NCBI GenBank assembly: GCA_965197905.1
Contig: CBDAOB010000005.1
Coordinates: 2,112,001-2,176,000, forward strand
Source: Candidatus Latescibacterota bacterium
GTDB taxonomy: Bacteria > Latescibacterota > UBA2968 > UBA8231
Direction of reading: 5' to 3'
Length of the DNA stretch: 64,000 bases
The notes under the pieces are model-generated. The model was not told where the DNA came from, did not search any database, and was given only the letters and a program-made list of their open reading frames with translations. A program made the translations under genes and the position numbers. Of the stretch, positions 27,377 to 37,900 are shown piece after piece (positions within the stretch are counted from its first letter, which is position 1; every line of letters starts with the position of its first letter).

Positions 27377-30300
27377 CGCACTAACACCATTCTGCGAATC
27401 AGTTGATCGGCTTCGGCTTGCAGCCGGTAGAGATATACGCCACTTGCAACGCTTCGACCGGAGCGATCCCGACCATCCCACGTTGCCTCGTATCGGCCCG
27501 GCGCGAGAGGACCTTCCCACACAACATCCACGAGCTGTCCCAGAATGTCGAAGATCTCGAGCCTGACCACGCCCCCTTGGAACGCAGAGCCGACAGCGAA
27601 TGATATGGTCGTTTCAGGATTGAACGGATTCGGGTAGTTCTGACGGAGCGTGAAGCGCTCCGGCAGCTCGGTCTCCGGCGCGCTGGCAAACTCGATGGCG
27701 ACGGGTTGATGCCGCTCGTTCAGGGCCACCGCCGCCTTGATGGTTGGATCATGGCGATCGTCCGTTCGCGACCGCAGGCGGAAAACCGCGATGGGCTCTT
27801 CGGATGTCAAAGGGGGAGTGCCCCCACGGGCAACACCGGCCAGATGGAGACCGCCCGCGCTCACGGCGACGGCGGTGAACAAATTCCGCTGCCCCGCCGA
27901 TGCCGAGACCGGTTCCCACTGGTCCGAATCGAACGAAAGCTCCAGCTCCATGGCACGAATACCGGAGAATCCCCCTCCCCACACTTCCCAGTCCACCAGC
28001 TCACCGGCGACGCCGCCCGTTCTCGAGCGTATAAGTTTTACGTTGGCACGATCCGCAGCGTTTCTCTTGTACACCGGCCGTGGTCCGCGGTCGAGGAAGT
28101 TTGCTCCGACCATTGCCAGATCGGAGATATCGACGACCCCGTCGGCGGTGATATCGGCGCGCGCACTGTCGGTGTCAGCGGCGATATCTCGTTTGAATAG
28201 CGCGGCCACGAAATCCCAGTCGCTCAAGGTTATCTCGTTGTCGGGTTTACTGACGCCATCCGTGTCGAAATATCCCGCAACATCCCCGCCTAACATCACA
28301 CTGTCGGTTTCGGCGCCGGTGGTCGACGGCCGCAAGCCATCCAGTTCCTGCGCCGACGCCAGGCGCACATCCGGCACCCAGCCGTCGAGATATCCGTCGA
28401 CGTGAACATTCAGATTGAACCGTCCGGCCGGGACCTGAAGCAATTCGAAGGCGCCATCCGGTTGCACGGCTATCTGAACCCCCTGCTTCTCCACGTCAGT
28501 GTCGTTCAGTGCCCACAAGCTGTCTTCCATGGCCAGATAGTTGCCGGCCGCCTTTAAAGCCACGTCGGCGACGGCGCTTTGATCCGCCCTGCCTTCGAGC
28601 GCCAATCTTCCGCGCAGGACCCCGCGGGAAGAAACCAGCAGGCCCCGGGCGATCTCCCGCTCCAGTGGACTTGCCACCAACGTGCGGTCGTTTTCCAGCA
28701 GCGAAATCCGCCCATTCAGGGGATCGGCATCCAGCTGCAGCGAGGCTAGACCGACCTCATCCCGAGAAACGAGCTGGAAGGTTGCTATGGTCGTTTCGCC
28801 ATCGAGGCCTTCGATCCGCGGTGAGATCGGATCGAAATAGGTGAAATCAAGAAGCAGGGTACCATCCTCGCCAACCGCTGAATCGTTGACGAAGATCCGA
28901 GCTTCGGAGAACTGGGGACCCACCTGAAATGGTTGTATTCCTTCGGCATCGTCGGTATCGAGAGCGTCAAATAGGGAGCCGTCCAGACTGAGCCGGAGCT
29001 GCACCAGATCCACAGCCTGATCCTCCCCATCCACACGGATCTCGAACGACTGAGCCTTTCCGCCGTTGCCCAGCGTGAAAACACTGGGCAACAGTTGGAA
29101 TACGGGCTCCACTGTCATGCCCGTGTCGGCTGCTGCGCTGCTTACACCCACCTTGCCTTGGGCTCGACATGCTAAGGTTGTGCCATCGAAGCGGCCGGTC
29201 TCGGTGATCGCCACGTACGCAAAGTAGCTGGTGTCCGGCTGGATTCCGGCAATGTGGGACACACTCACGTCGAAGAAATCGTCTTCATCATCTTCGCTCA
29301 GATCACTGCCCGCCGTATCGGCTTCTGCGGTGCCATTCGCCGAATTGACCACAAATGCCGATCCCGAAAGAACGGTCGCATAGTCAGCCACCTCGCCATG
29401 ATCCTCCTGGCTCAGCATCACTCGCAGCCGCGCATCGTTATCCACATCCATATCCTCCCACGATACGCGGGCACTTCCACCGGTCGTTATCTCGATATCG
29501 GCGATCGGGTGCAACATCCGCAGACTGGGCGGATGTTGGAATCTCAACCGCGCGCCGGCGTCATTGAGCCGGCCGCCATTCAGTTGAACGAGCAGGCTCG
29601 ATGTGCTGTCCTCGATGATGCCGTAGATGAAGTAGTCGGCGTCAGCACGGGGAGGCTCGCCCGCGGTTGCCGTGCTCCACACATCCCACACGAAGAGGTT
29701 GTCGGTCCGTTGATCAGGGTCTTCCGAAATACCTTGCGCAAGTCGATGAACCGTGCTTCCCAGTCCGGATCGCAGCGCATCCGCACCACCGGGAACAGTA
29801 AGGCTGTCCGCGGCCGCCGCCGTAGTCGTGGCCGGCATCGTCGTGTAGTAGAGGGAAATCTGCGCGTCGTCGTCCACATCCCGATCCCCGTCCCAACCGC
29901 TACGTCCCCACGTGACGGTGACAAACTGTTGCGGATTTGTCCCTCCTGTAGCAATGGTGTCGGCACCGGAGAGAACACGGTCGTTCAAGACATCTAACTG
30001 CAGAAAGGGGGAATGGCGAACGATTACCTTGCCACTGCTGCGACCGACGTTGAAGGCACTGGCATCGGTTGCCACCGCGTATATATAATAGTCACCCGCC
30101 ACGACGATCTCAGGATCGCCAATGTCCCACTCCACCGCGCCTTCTTTCAGTCGAACACCTTGCCCGGAGGCGATGGGATTGGCCCCTGTAAGACCAGAGA
30201 TATTCGCTGGGCCACCCTGCACACCGTCGGCCCCCAAATCCGGATCTTCGCTGTAAAACAGGAACACCCCGGAGGTGTCGTCGTGATCAGTCACCGCAAA

Positions 30301-31242
30301 ATTCAAGCTGCCGATGCTGGTTCCCTCGCCTGTGGGACTGCCAGTTGCGTCGAGCAGGCCACCCGAATCCAAAGTGAGATCGGCTTCGGTAGGTCCCACG
30401 AAATCCACTTCGGGTTCGTGCCGGATGGTAATGCCGCGGCTGCGGCCCACCGGGACGGCACCGGTGACGGATGAAGTGACGTAGAGGTATTGAGTACCGA
30501 CGGGCAGATTGCGCGTGAGCAGTTTCACGGAGCGCCCGTTCCCCTCACGCTCGGTGTAGACCGAGCCGTCGTCCAACTGGGCCTCGACCGCGACGGTGTT
30601 ATCCACCTCGACCAATTCGGCGCTGGTTGAAAAGAAGAAACGATACTCGACGTCGTTGCTATCGTCGCCGTCTCCGAATCCAAGCAGGTTGTTTGCGCTC
30701 TGGGTGCCATTGTCGAAAACCAGATCCGGCAGATCGGTTACAACAACCTCGCTTAGATCGGGATACACCGTGCCCAGGGCGCTGGTGCTGGTGTCCGCTC
30801 CAGGGAAGAAGCTGTCGCCGAACATGGTCAGATTGATGGCGGCGCGTTCGGTGTCTGCGGCGTCAATAGTGGTCAGCAGCGGGCCCGGAACTATATCCGT
30901 TTCCGTCGGATCATCGAAAAGCACCGAACCGTAGTTCAGCTCACCGACCTCGGTGGTTGCTCCAAAGCGAATGGGAAACTGGATAAAAAGCCTGCCCCCG
31001 GCAGCAGCTGGTTGACTGCTCTCGACGACGATCATGGCGGCAATGGTGGACTCACTCACAGAGAATCCGGGGTCCTCGTCGCCACTGGCGTCATACATGA
31101 GGCGAACCTCGTCGGCTAACACGCCGTCATCGTCCGAGTCCCTGACCTCGACATTGGCAGGCATGACGAGCCGGACGGTGGAATCGCTGGGAGCATCCGC
31201 GGTGTCGAACCTTATCGCCACCTGCTGCCAGTACTCCTCCAC
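27373..31242 (-). CDS. Secreted cohesin/dockerin/T9SS-CTD protein (main frame; true N-terminus frameshifted)
   Basis: ADITADGVVDISDLAMVGANF dockerin-like loop; two cohesin-like domains; QNYPNPFNPET. Confidence 0.8.
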   Translation of the reverse strand: MEEYWQQVAIRFDTADAPSDSTVRLVMPANVEVRDSDDDGVLADEVRLMYDASGDEDPGFSVSESTIAAMIVVESSQPAAAGGRLFIQFPIRFGATTEVGELNYGSVLFDDPTETDIVPGPLLTTIDAADTERAAINLTMFGDSFFPGADTSTSALGTVYPDLSEVVVTDLPDLVFDNGTQSANNLLGFGDGDDSNDVEYRFFFSTSAELVEVDNTVAVEAQLDDGSVYTEREGNGRSVKLLTRNLPVGTQYLYVTSSVTGAVPVGRSRGITIRHEPEVDFVGPTEADLTLDSGGLLDATGSPTGEGTSIGSLNFAVTDHDDTSGVFLFYSEDPDLGADGVQGGPANISGLTGANPIASGQGVRLKEGAVEWDIGDPEIVVAGDYYIYAVATDASAFNVGRSSGKVIVRHSPFLQLDVLNDRVLSGADTIATGGTNPQQFVTVTWGRSGWDGDRDVDDDAQISLYYTTMPATTTAAAADSLTVPGGADALRSGLGSTVHRLAQGISEDPDQRTDNLFVWDVWSTATAGEPPRADADYFIYGIIEDSTSSLLVQLNGGRLNDAGARLRFQHPPSLRMLHPIADIEITTGGSARVSWEDMDVDNDARLRVMLSQEDHGEVADYATVLSGSAFVVNSANGTAEADTAGSDLSEDDEDDFFDVSVSHIAGIQPDTSYFAYVAITETGRFDGTTLACRAQGKVGVSSAAADTGMTVEPVFQLLPSVFTLGNGGKAQSFEIRVDGEDQAVDLVQLRLSLDGSLFDALDTDDAEGIQPFQVGPQFSEARIFVNDSAVGEDGTLLLDFTYFDPISPRIEGLDGETTIATFQLVSRDEVGLASLQLDADPLNGRISLLENDRTLVASPLEREIARGLLVSSRGVLRGRLALEGRADQSAVADVALKAAGNYLAMEDSLWALNDTDVEKQGVQIAVQPDGAFELLQVPAGRFNLNVHVDGYLDGWVPDVRLASAQELDGLRPSTTGAETDSVMLGGDVAGYFDTDGVSKPDNEITLSDWDFVAALFKRDIAADTDSARADITADGVVDISDLAMVGANFLDRGPRPVYKRNAADRANVKLIRSRTGGVAGELVDWEVWGGGFSGIRAMELELSFDSDQWEPVSASAGQRNLFTAVAVSAGGLHLAGVARGGTPPLTSEEPIAVFRLRSRTDDRHDPTIKAAVALNERHQPVAIEFASAPETELPERFTLRQNYPNPFNPETTISFAVGSAFQGGVVRLEIFDILGQLVDVVWEGPLAPGRYEATWDGRDRSGRSVASGVYLYRLQAEADQLIRRMVLVR

Positions 31243-31381
31243 ACCCAGCGCCTATAGGTACCCGACGAAGCTCCTCGGGCACGACTTCCGCACTCTGCGC
31301 CACGATATCGCTGGCACCGCCGAATGCGATACAGACCAGGATCGGTATGACCAGGAACAATCTATAGGCTCTGTCTGTCAT
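31243..31381 (-). pseudogene. Signal-peptide-bearing 5' end of 27373..31242, separated by a +1 frameshift
   Basis: MTDRAYRLFLVIPILVCIAFGGASDIVAQ; removing one G at about 31251 gives RVPIALGVEEYW and a 1336-codon gene. Confidence 0.75.
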
Positions 31382-31561
31382 GCAATCTCACGTTTCGCCG
31401 ACGCAAATTACCCCTTCTTTAGGAAATAAATTCCGTGGCTTCGGTTCCCGCTGCCTCTACACTGGCCCTTATGGAGAGACAAACACCCTCAAGACCAGCG
31501 CGTGGAAATCCGTCCAATTGAACTCCGGACAAACATGGTCCAGAGAATCCGATCCCATATC

Positions 31562-31577
31562 AGCAAACGGCGTTCCA
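31562..31577 (-). promoter_or_regulatory. Putative sigma54 -24/-12 promoter
   Basis: TGGAAC-GCCGT-TTGCT with exact GG-N10-GC spacing, upstream of the 31381 operon. Confidence 0.5.
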
Positions 31578-31687
31578 CAAGGGGTCGCCGGCTTTGGTCT
31601 ATCTTTTCCTTCGACTAGCTGCGTTTTGGAGAGGCAAATTTGATTCGAGGCCGGAGGGATTCCAGAAGCCGCACATGGCTGCTCCGC

Positions 31688-34519
31688 TTAAAGGACCACG
31701 TCCACACCGCGATTTCTCAGTGTCGGGATCTGATCCGAACGGGCTTCGTCACTGAGAGGATTTTGGCGGAGGCTGATGATGTCGAGGAGACCGATTCCCG
31801 GGTTCGACAGCAGTGGGGCCAGATCGCCGATCTGGTTGGCATCCAGCAGCAGAGTCTTCAGACTGAAAAGTTCGGCCAATGGCTCGAGATTGACGAGCCG
31901 GTTCGTCGACAGAGAAAGGCTCGCCAGATTTGAGAGCGCCGCCAGGGGGCGGATATCGGCGATGCGGTTTTCGCCCAATGACAGGCTCTCGAGATTCTCG
32001 AGGCCGGAGAGGCGAGACAGATTACTTATCTGGTTTTGGTCGAGGGAAAGCTTCGTGAGGTTGATCAGCAACTCCAACGGCGCGAGATCGCTGATGCGAT
32101 TGTCCCTCAGGGAGAGATCCCGGAGCTCGTTAAGCGCAGCCAGCGGCGTCAGATCTGCGATCTGGTTTCGGTCAGCGGCAAAGATGGAGAGGTTTGCCAG
32201 GAAAGCCAGAGGTGCGATGTCGGCGAGCTGGTTATTCGATACCGTCAGGAACACCAGATTCGCCGAGCCCGCAAGCGGGGCCAGGGAACTGATTTGGTTG
32301 TGAGCCAGCGAAAGTCGCGCGAGCCGCGGCAACCCTCGCAGGGGCTCGAGCTCGACGATCTGATTCCGGTCGAGAAAGAGAGCGTGGAGGTTCTCACCGG
32401 CTGCGAGCGGATCGAGATCCGAAATCCGGTTGCCAACTGCATGGAGCTCCCCCAAGTTCACCAGTGTCTCGATCCCTTCGAGTCTCTCCACCTCGAGGAA
32501 GTTCAGACTCAGACTTTCCAGAGGTTCCACATCGTCCAGACAGAGGACCCCTTCAGGTCTGGAGATTGCCGCACGAATTGCCGTCTCCATATTCAAATCT
32601 GCAAACAGGACCGTGGTATCGACCGCGACGAGGCGTGCACGCAACGTATTGAGCTGCGCGTCCGCAGATAGTCCGTTCAACGGATTGCCGCATACATCAA
32701 CCACGTCTCTCGCTTGAATTCCGCTGTTGGACACCAATGGGGAGAGGTCCTGGATTCGGTTTCTCCGCAGCCTCACGACCTGCAGCTGAGTCAGATCCGA
32801 CAACGGCGACAGATCGGTAACCTCATTTTCGTTGAGACGAATCGACGTGAGGTTCGGAAGCCCACTCAGCGGATCTAACTCGGCGATCCGGTTAGAGCCC
32901 AGATCGATAGCCTGCAGATCGGTAACCTGCTCGATGCCGCCGAGATCGACGATACCTCGAGCGGTCGCGTTGAGGTCAAGAAGACCCTTCACGTCGGAAC
33001 TGAAGAGGTTGCCTTGAATCTTGCCGATCGCCTCCCGTATAGCTCGCTCGAGATTGATATCCGCAAACAGGAGCGGCTTTTCCAGGCCTGCCGCTTTGAG
33101 ATTTTCGATATCGACACATGACAGCGCACTAGAGAGGACAGAGACCCGGCGCCGTTCCAAGACACAAAGTGCGTTGAGGATAGCGTTTTCAGTTAACGGA
33201 TTGCCGCGAAGGTCGATGGTATCGCCCCTCCTGAGCCCGCTGTTCTCGACCAGGGCGGCCAGTTCCTCGATCCGGTTGTCCTCCAGACCGACGGCGTTGA
33301 GCTCTACCAACCTTGCCAGCGGCGCGAGATCTGAGATCCGGTTGTTCCCCAGATGCAGTTCTCGCAACTGCGCCAACGCACCCAGCGGCGCTAAATCGAC
33401 AAGTTCGTTCGAGCGCAGGTCAAGTCGTTGCAGAGCGGTCAAATGCTCGATGCCGGCGAGATCCCCGATCCTCAGGCCCGAGGCTACCAGCTCGTTGACC
33501 GTCGTCACATCGGCCGGAAAGAGGGCTCCCTCCGGTCTGGCGATGGCACCGCGCACCGCAGCTTCCAGGCCGGCATCCTCAAATGAGATCTCCGCCTGGA
33601 TGTCAGCAGGTCCCGCCGATGATATCTGCGATACCGCCAGACCGGCAAGATCGGCGCCGTCGACGAGGAGGCCGCCGTAGAGCAACCACTCCCCCGCCGG
33701 AACCTCCACCTCGTATTCCCGGGCGAAACCAGAGCCCGATTCCCCGAGTATCGATACCGGTATTCCCTTTTGCGCTAGCTCCTCTAGTTCCAGGCTTGTC
33801 TTCGAGACGAAAAACGTCATTCCGAAACTTACCCGGTTCGCGTTCACCGCTACAAGAAACCGTCCTGGCTGATCCGCTGCCGTTGCCGTCAATTGACTGA
33901 CGGCGGCGGGGCCTGGGGGCTCGTAGCCCACGTCGAGGTTGGGATCGACCGGAAACGTGTTCAGTTTTGAAAGCCCGTCGAACGCCTCGGAGAAATGCCA
34001 GCCAAACACCAGTACCTGAGAGTATTCGTAGACTTGGGAAACGAGGTTGCCGTTTTCGTCGACCTGCCGCAGCCGATACCCGAACGCAACGTAGTGCAGC
34101 CCATCCAATAGCGTTCCGTCCCGATCTTCTCGAGACACTTCTTGCACGATGCGGGTCGAGCCCTGAGTTCCGGCGGTATCAGACACCCCAGACCAGAAGT
34201 TTAGGGGCGAGATAAAACGCATATGATTGGGCAGGGCCGATCGCACCACGACAAACGGCTCAATCCCCGATCGCTGAGCCTCGAGCGGCTGATCGCTGCC
34301 GCCACAGATCAGACTCTCCAGCGCAGCCGAAACGGAGGGGGCCGCCGGATTGAAATATTCGATGTGGGGAAAGTCTCCGGCGGAACTCTCGCTGACCCCG
34401 GCCTCGCAGAGTCGAAATCCACCCTCGTTGAGGAGCAGAAATGGGCCCTCTCGCCTCAGCCCCATATGGTCCACGACGGCGAACAGATCCCATAAATCCA
34501 CTCCGCCATTCCGATTCAA
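31688..34519 (-). CDS. Internalin-like leucine-rich repeat protein with N-terminal dockerin/EF-hand (frameshifted)
   Basis: Three FxDxxLExAxRxAI caps, each followed by LxxLxLxxNxIxDLxPL repeats. Confidence 0.85.
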   Translation of the reverse strand: MNRNGGVDLWDLFAVVDHMGLRREGPFLLLNEGGFRLCEAGVSESSAGDFPHIEYFNPAAPSVSAALESLICGGSDQPLEAQRSGIEPFVVVRSALPNHMRFISPLNFWSGVSDTAGTQGSTRIVQEVSREDRDGTLLDGLHYVAFGYRLRQVDENGNLVSQVYEYSQVLVFGWHFSEAFDGLSKLNTFPVDPNLDVGYEPPGPAAVSQLTATAADQPGRFLVAVNANRVSFGMTFFVSKTSLELEELAQKGIPVSILGESGSGFAREYEVEVPAGEWLLYGGLLVDGADLAGLAVSQISSAGPADIQAEISFEDAGLEAAVRGAIARPEGALFPADVTTVNELVASGLRIGDLAGIEHLTALQRLDLRSNELVDLAPLGALAQLRELHLGNNRISDLAPLARLVELNAVGLEDNRIEELAALVENSGLRRGDTIDLRGNPLTENAILNALCVLERRRVSVLSSALSCVDIENLKAAGLEKPLLFADINLERAIREAIGKIQGNLFSSDVKGLLDLNATARGIVDLGGIEQVTDLQAIDLGSNRIAELDPLSGLPNLTSIRLNENEVTDLSPLSDLTQLQVVRLRRNRIQDLSPLVSNSGIQARDVVDVCGNPLNGLSADAQLNTLRARLVAVDTTVLFADLNMETAIRAAISRPEGVLCLDDVEPLESLSLNFLEVERLEGIETLVNLGELHAVGNRISDLDPLAAGENLHALFLDRNQIVELEPLRGLPRLARLSLAHNQISSLAPLAGSANLVFLTVSNNQLADIAPLAFLANLSIFAADRNQIADLTPLAALNELRDLSLRDNRISDLAPLELLINLTKLSLDQNQISNLSRLSGLENLESLSLGENRIADIRPLAALSNLASLSLSTNRLVNLEPLAELFSLKTLLLDANQIGDLAPLLSNPGIGLLDIISLRQNPLSDEARSDQIPTLRNRGVDVVL

Positions 34520-34559
34520 GTCGTAATACGGTTCCTGATTTTCCAGAGCATCCGCGGCG

Positions 34560-34916
34560 GCGGAAAAGATCGTCCGAGTCCACGTCGCCGTCCTGCTCCC
34601 CGTCTCCGAGCAGGTTTATGCCGCGAAAACGCGGGAGATACTGCGCCTCGTGCACCTGATACACCGTTCCGTTCTGCTCCAGGAGGATCGGCTTGGCCAG
34701 GGCTCGACGTGGTCTAGCCGCGCCGTTTTTCCAAACGACGGGGCCACCGACTCCTCGCTCCAGCTCCCGACGGCTCAAGGTTCCCCCGCGCAGCTGCGCC
34801 AGTGCGCGACCGAATGCCCGGTGGCGCACTCCGGGGTCGTAGGTCAACGGCGAAGCCAAAGCATTCCAATCCTCTGCCGTCAACGACTGGCCCGCAGGAA
34901 GGTCTAGACGGAACAA
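34560..34916 (-). pseudogene. Upstream fragment of the LRR gene, 5'-truncated
   Basis: GDGEQDGDVDSDDLF continues as AAADALENQEPYYDLNRNGGVD after removal of one C at about 34562. Confidence 0.7.
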
Positions 34917-37900
34917 CCCGTGTAAGTCCGGGCACCGAAGTACAAGTGTTAAGGGTAGCGCTGACCGGCGACGGTGCTACCAGCGTCAGCGCGCTGCGGT
35001 TCACCCTGTCGGATCTCGACTCCACCACCGGGCTGGCCTCCGATGACCTGGTGGAGCTGAGACTCTACGAAAGCGCCGACTCCACCCTCGGATCGAGCGA
35101 TATCTTGCTGGGGAGCTTGAGTTCATCCCTGATGAGTCTCGGTTCAGAGACCACACTAACGGCAAGCGCCATATCGACGCCGGGATCGAACCTCGAGCGG
35201 CAGTACATCTTGACCGTATTGTTGGATTCCACGGCTGTCGAGGGACACGGCTTCAAGGTAGGCTTCGATACGGGAGATCTGGCGACGTCCAAAGGGGGTC
35301 GAGGATTCGGCATCGCCGCCAGTGATTCCAACCGGGTGCTCATAGATATCGTGGCCAACAAGCTCCGGTTCTCAACGCAGCCGGCGGGCTCAATCTCCGG
35401 CGTGCCGTTTACCACTCAGCCGGTGGTCATGGCGATCGACAGCGTCAGCGGTTTCGTAGACTCCGACTTTGCCGACACGGTAACGGTAACTACGTCGAAG
35501 ACTGGTACCTTGATCAACAACAGCACCGCCGCGACCAACGGCGTCGCCACATTCTCCAGCCTCACCTACACGACGTCGATTGACGATGAAAAATTCAACC
35601 TCGTTGCAGACGATCAGGCAGGAGGGGCAGAAGGCAATCTGGCCAGTGTCGACTCCGATAGTCTACTGTCCAACGTCGTCAACGACGTTCCGGTGGTAGA
35701 CGTCCCAAATCTGCAAATGAGCGAGGACGACAGCATCGGATTTATCGCGCCCATCATCACCATTGCCAACGATCCGGACGACGCCGTTCTGACCTTCACG
35801 TTTGTGAGCAACGGTGTCGAAGGCAAGGTGGTTGGTGATCAGATCCAGATCACACCGGTAGCCAATTATTTCGGCGTGGACACCCTTACGGTAATAGCGA
35901 CCGATTCCTTTGGTGCACAGGGAATGGACACCGATATCATAACGGTGCTGGCGGTCAATGACCCGCCGGTGATCGTGCTGTCCGATTCTCTAACCGTCGC
36001 GGAGGACGACACCCTCCTGTTCAACCTGCCAGAGGTAGCTACGGATGTGGACAATAGCTTCGACGAGCTGATCATTACTATAAACCCCAGCTCAGGGTTA
36101 CAAACAAACTACGATAGCACCTCGGGCGTGCTGTTGGCATGGGCACCACCCGATTCTTCGGGGCGTTTCACCCTCGACCTGGCCGCACGGGATCTGTTCG
36201 GCATCACGGATCGGGATACGGTTCTCATCGTGGTAGCATCGATCAATGATGCCCCTGTTTTCTCCGTACCTGACACATCCGTCCTGCAGACGGATACGCT
36301 GCTTATCGACTTGCGATCCCACACGATCGACATCGACACCTTCAACTCTCTCAGTTGGCAAGCCCAGCTTCACCCGGACCTCGGCATCAGCATCGACGCC
36401 AACGGGTTGGCCCAAATTGTTCCCACCTCCGACGGGGGCGGCACGCGTTCAGTGATATTCAGCGTCGTGGACCAGTCGATTACGGTCTCCGATACCGCAA
36501 TTGTAACGGTAGTCCATGTCGACCAGCCTCCGGTATTGGCGGTCCTTCCAGACACCCTGTTCGCTACCGGTGACACACTGAGTCTGAATCTGCAGCCGTT
36601 CGCCACCGACCCCGACAATGCCGTTGACTCTCTCGGTTGGCTGGTGACAGGGGGCACATTCGTGGGTGCCGCGATCGCCAACGACACGCTCGACCTATGG
36701 GCGCTTCAAGACACCGCTGTCGTCGAAGTGCTTCAGGTGATCGTTACGGATCCAACCGGTTTGTCCGACACCTCGTCCATTCAGGTCGAGCTGGTGGTTC
36801 TTCCTCCTCTGATCGGAGGGATTCCCGACGAGGAAGTGGAGGCCGGCAAGATACTGGAAATCCCGCTAGGTCCGTTTTTGCGCTCCGACGTTGCAACGGT
36901 CGGCGCTATACCCGATTCGGTATTCGAGGTTTTCATCAACACCTCGACGCGGATCGCGACGGTCGATCCGGTGGATGACTGGAAAGGTACGGCAGCGATC
37001 GTGTTTACGGCCAGCACCACGGACGGGGGTTCGGAAAGTGACACGGTGATGGTCACCGTGGCCAATCCCGCTCCCGTAATATCACCTTTACCTCCGGTCT
37101 TTATCGACTCGGGCACGCTCGCCCAACTGTCCCTGGACGTATTTGTGGAGGACGATGAGGATTTGAGCAATCTCACATGGACGGCCTTTGCAGACCCAGG
37201 TGTTACCGCGGAGATTCTTGCGGAAGTGCGCACACTGAAGATCACCGCTGAATCTGGCTTCATGGGCGAGACGCGGGTTGCGTTGACGGTCAGGGATGCA
37301 CAGGATGCCGCGGACTCCGACACCCTCATAGTTACAGTGCAAGCCCCCATTGACACCTCCCCTCCGGATCACCCTCCGGATACAACCGGCACCACGCCGG
37401 ATACCACCGGGACCATGCCGGATACAACCGGCACCATGCCGGATACAACCGGGACCATGCCGGATACAACCGGCACCATGCCGGATACAACCGGCACCAC
37501 GCCGGATACCACCGGCACCACGCCGGATACCACAGTGATTGAGAACCAGGTGCCGATCATTCGGGAAATTCCGGCGTTGAGCCTGCAGCCGGGTCGCATC
37601 GCAGAGGTCGTCCTCGACCAGTTCGCGCAGGACGACGGTCCGTTTACCGAGCTGACCTGGTCCAGCTCGGTCTCTCCGGCAGGAGTGGTGCAAGTCGGTA
37701 TCAACGAGGCGCGCGTCGCCTCCGTAACCGCGATTCAGGATTCGGGAGAAGCCCAGATAATATTTACGGTTACAGACGCCCAAGGAGCATCCGCCAACGC
37801 CACGGTGGATGCCTCGATCACACCCATCGCCGCCGGTGACTTCAGCGGCGACGGAACGATTGGATTCGATGATTGCTTTCTGTTTGCCGACGCCTTGGGG

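Noticed and set aside
37376..37534. Tandem repeat as a CRISPR array
   Set aside because: Contiguous in-frame 21-mers without spacers; no cas genes
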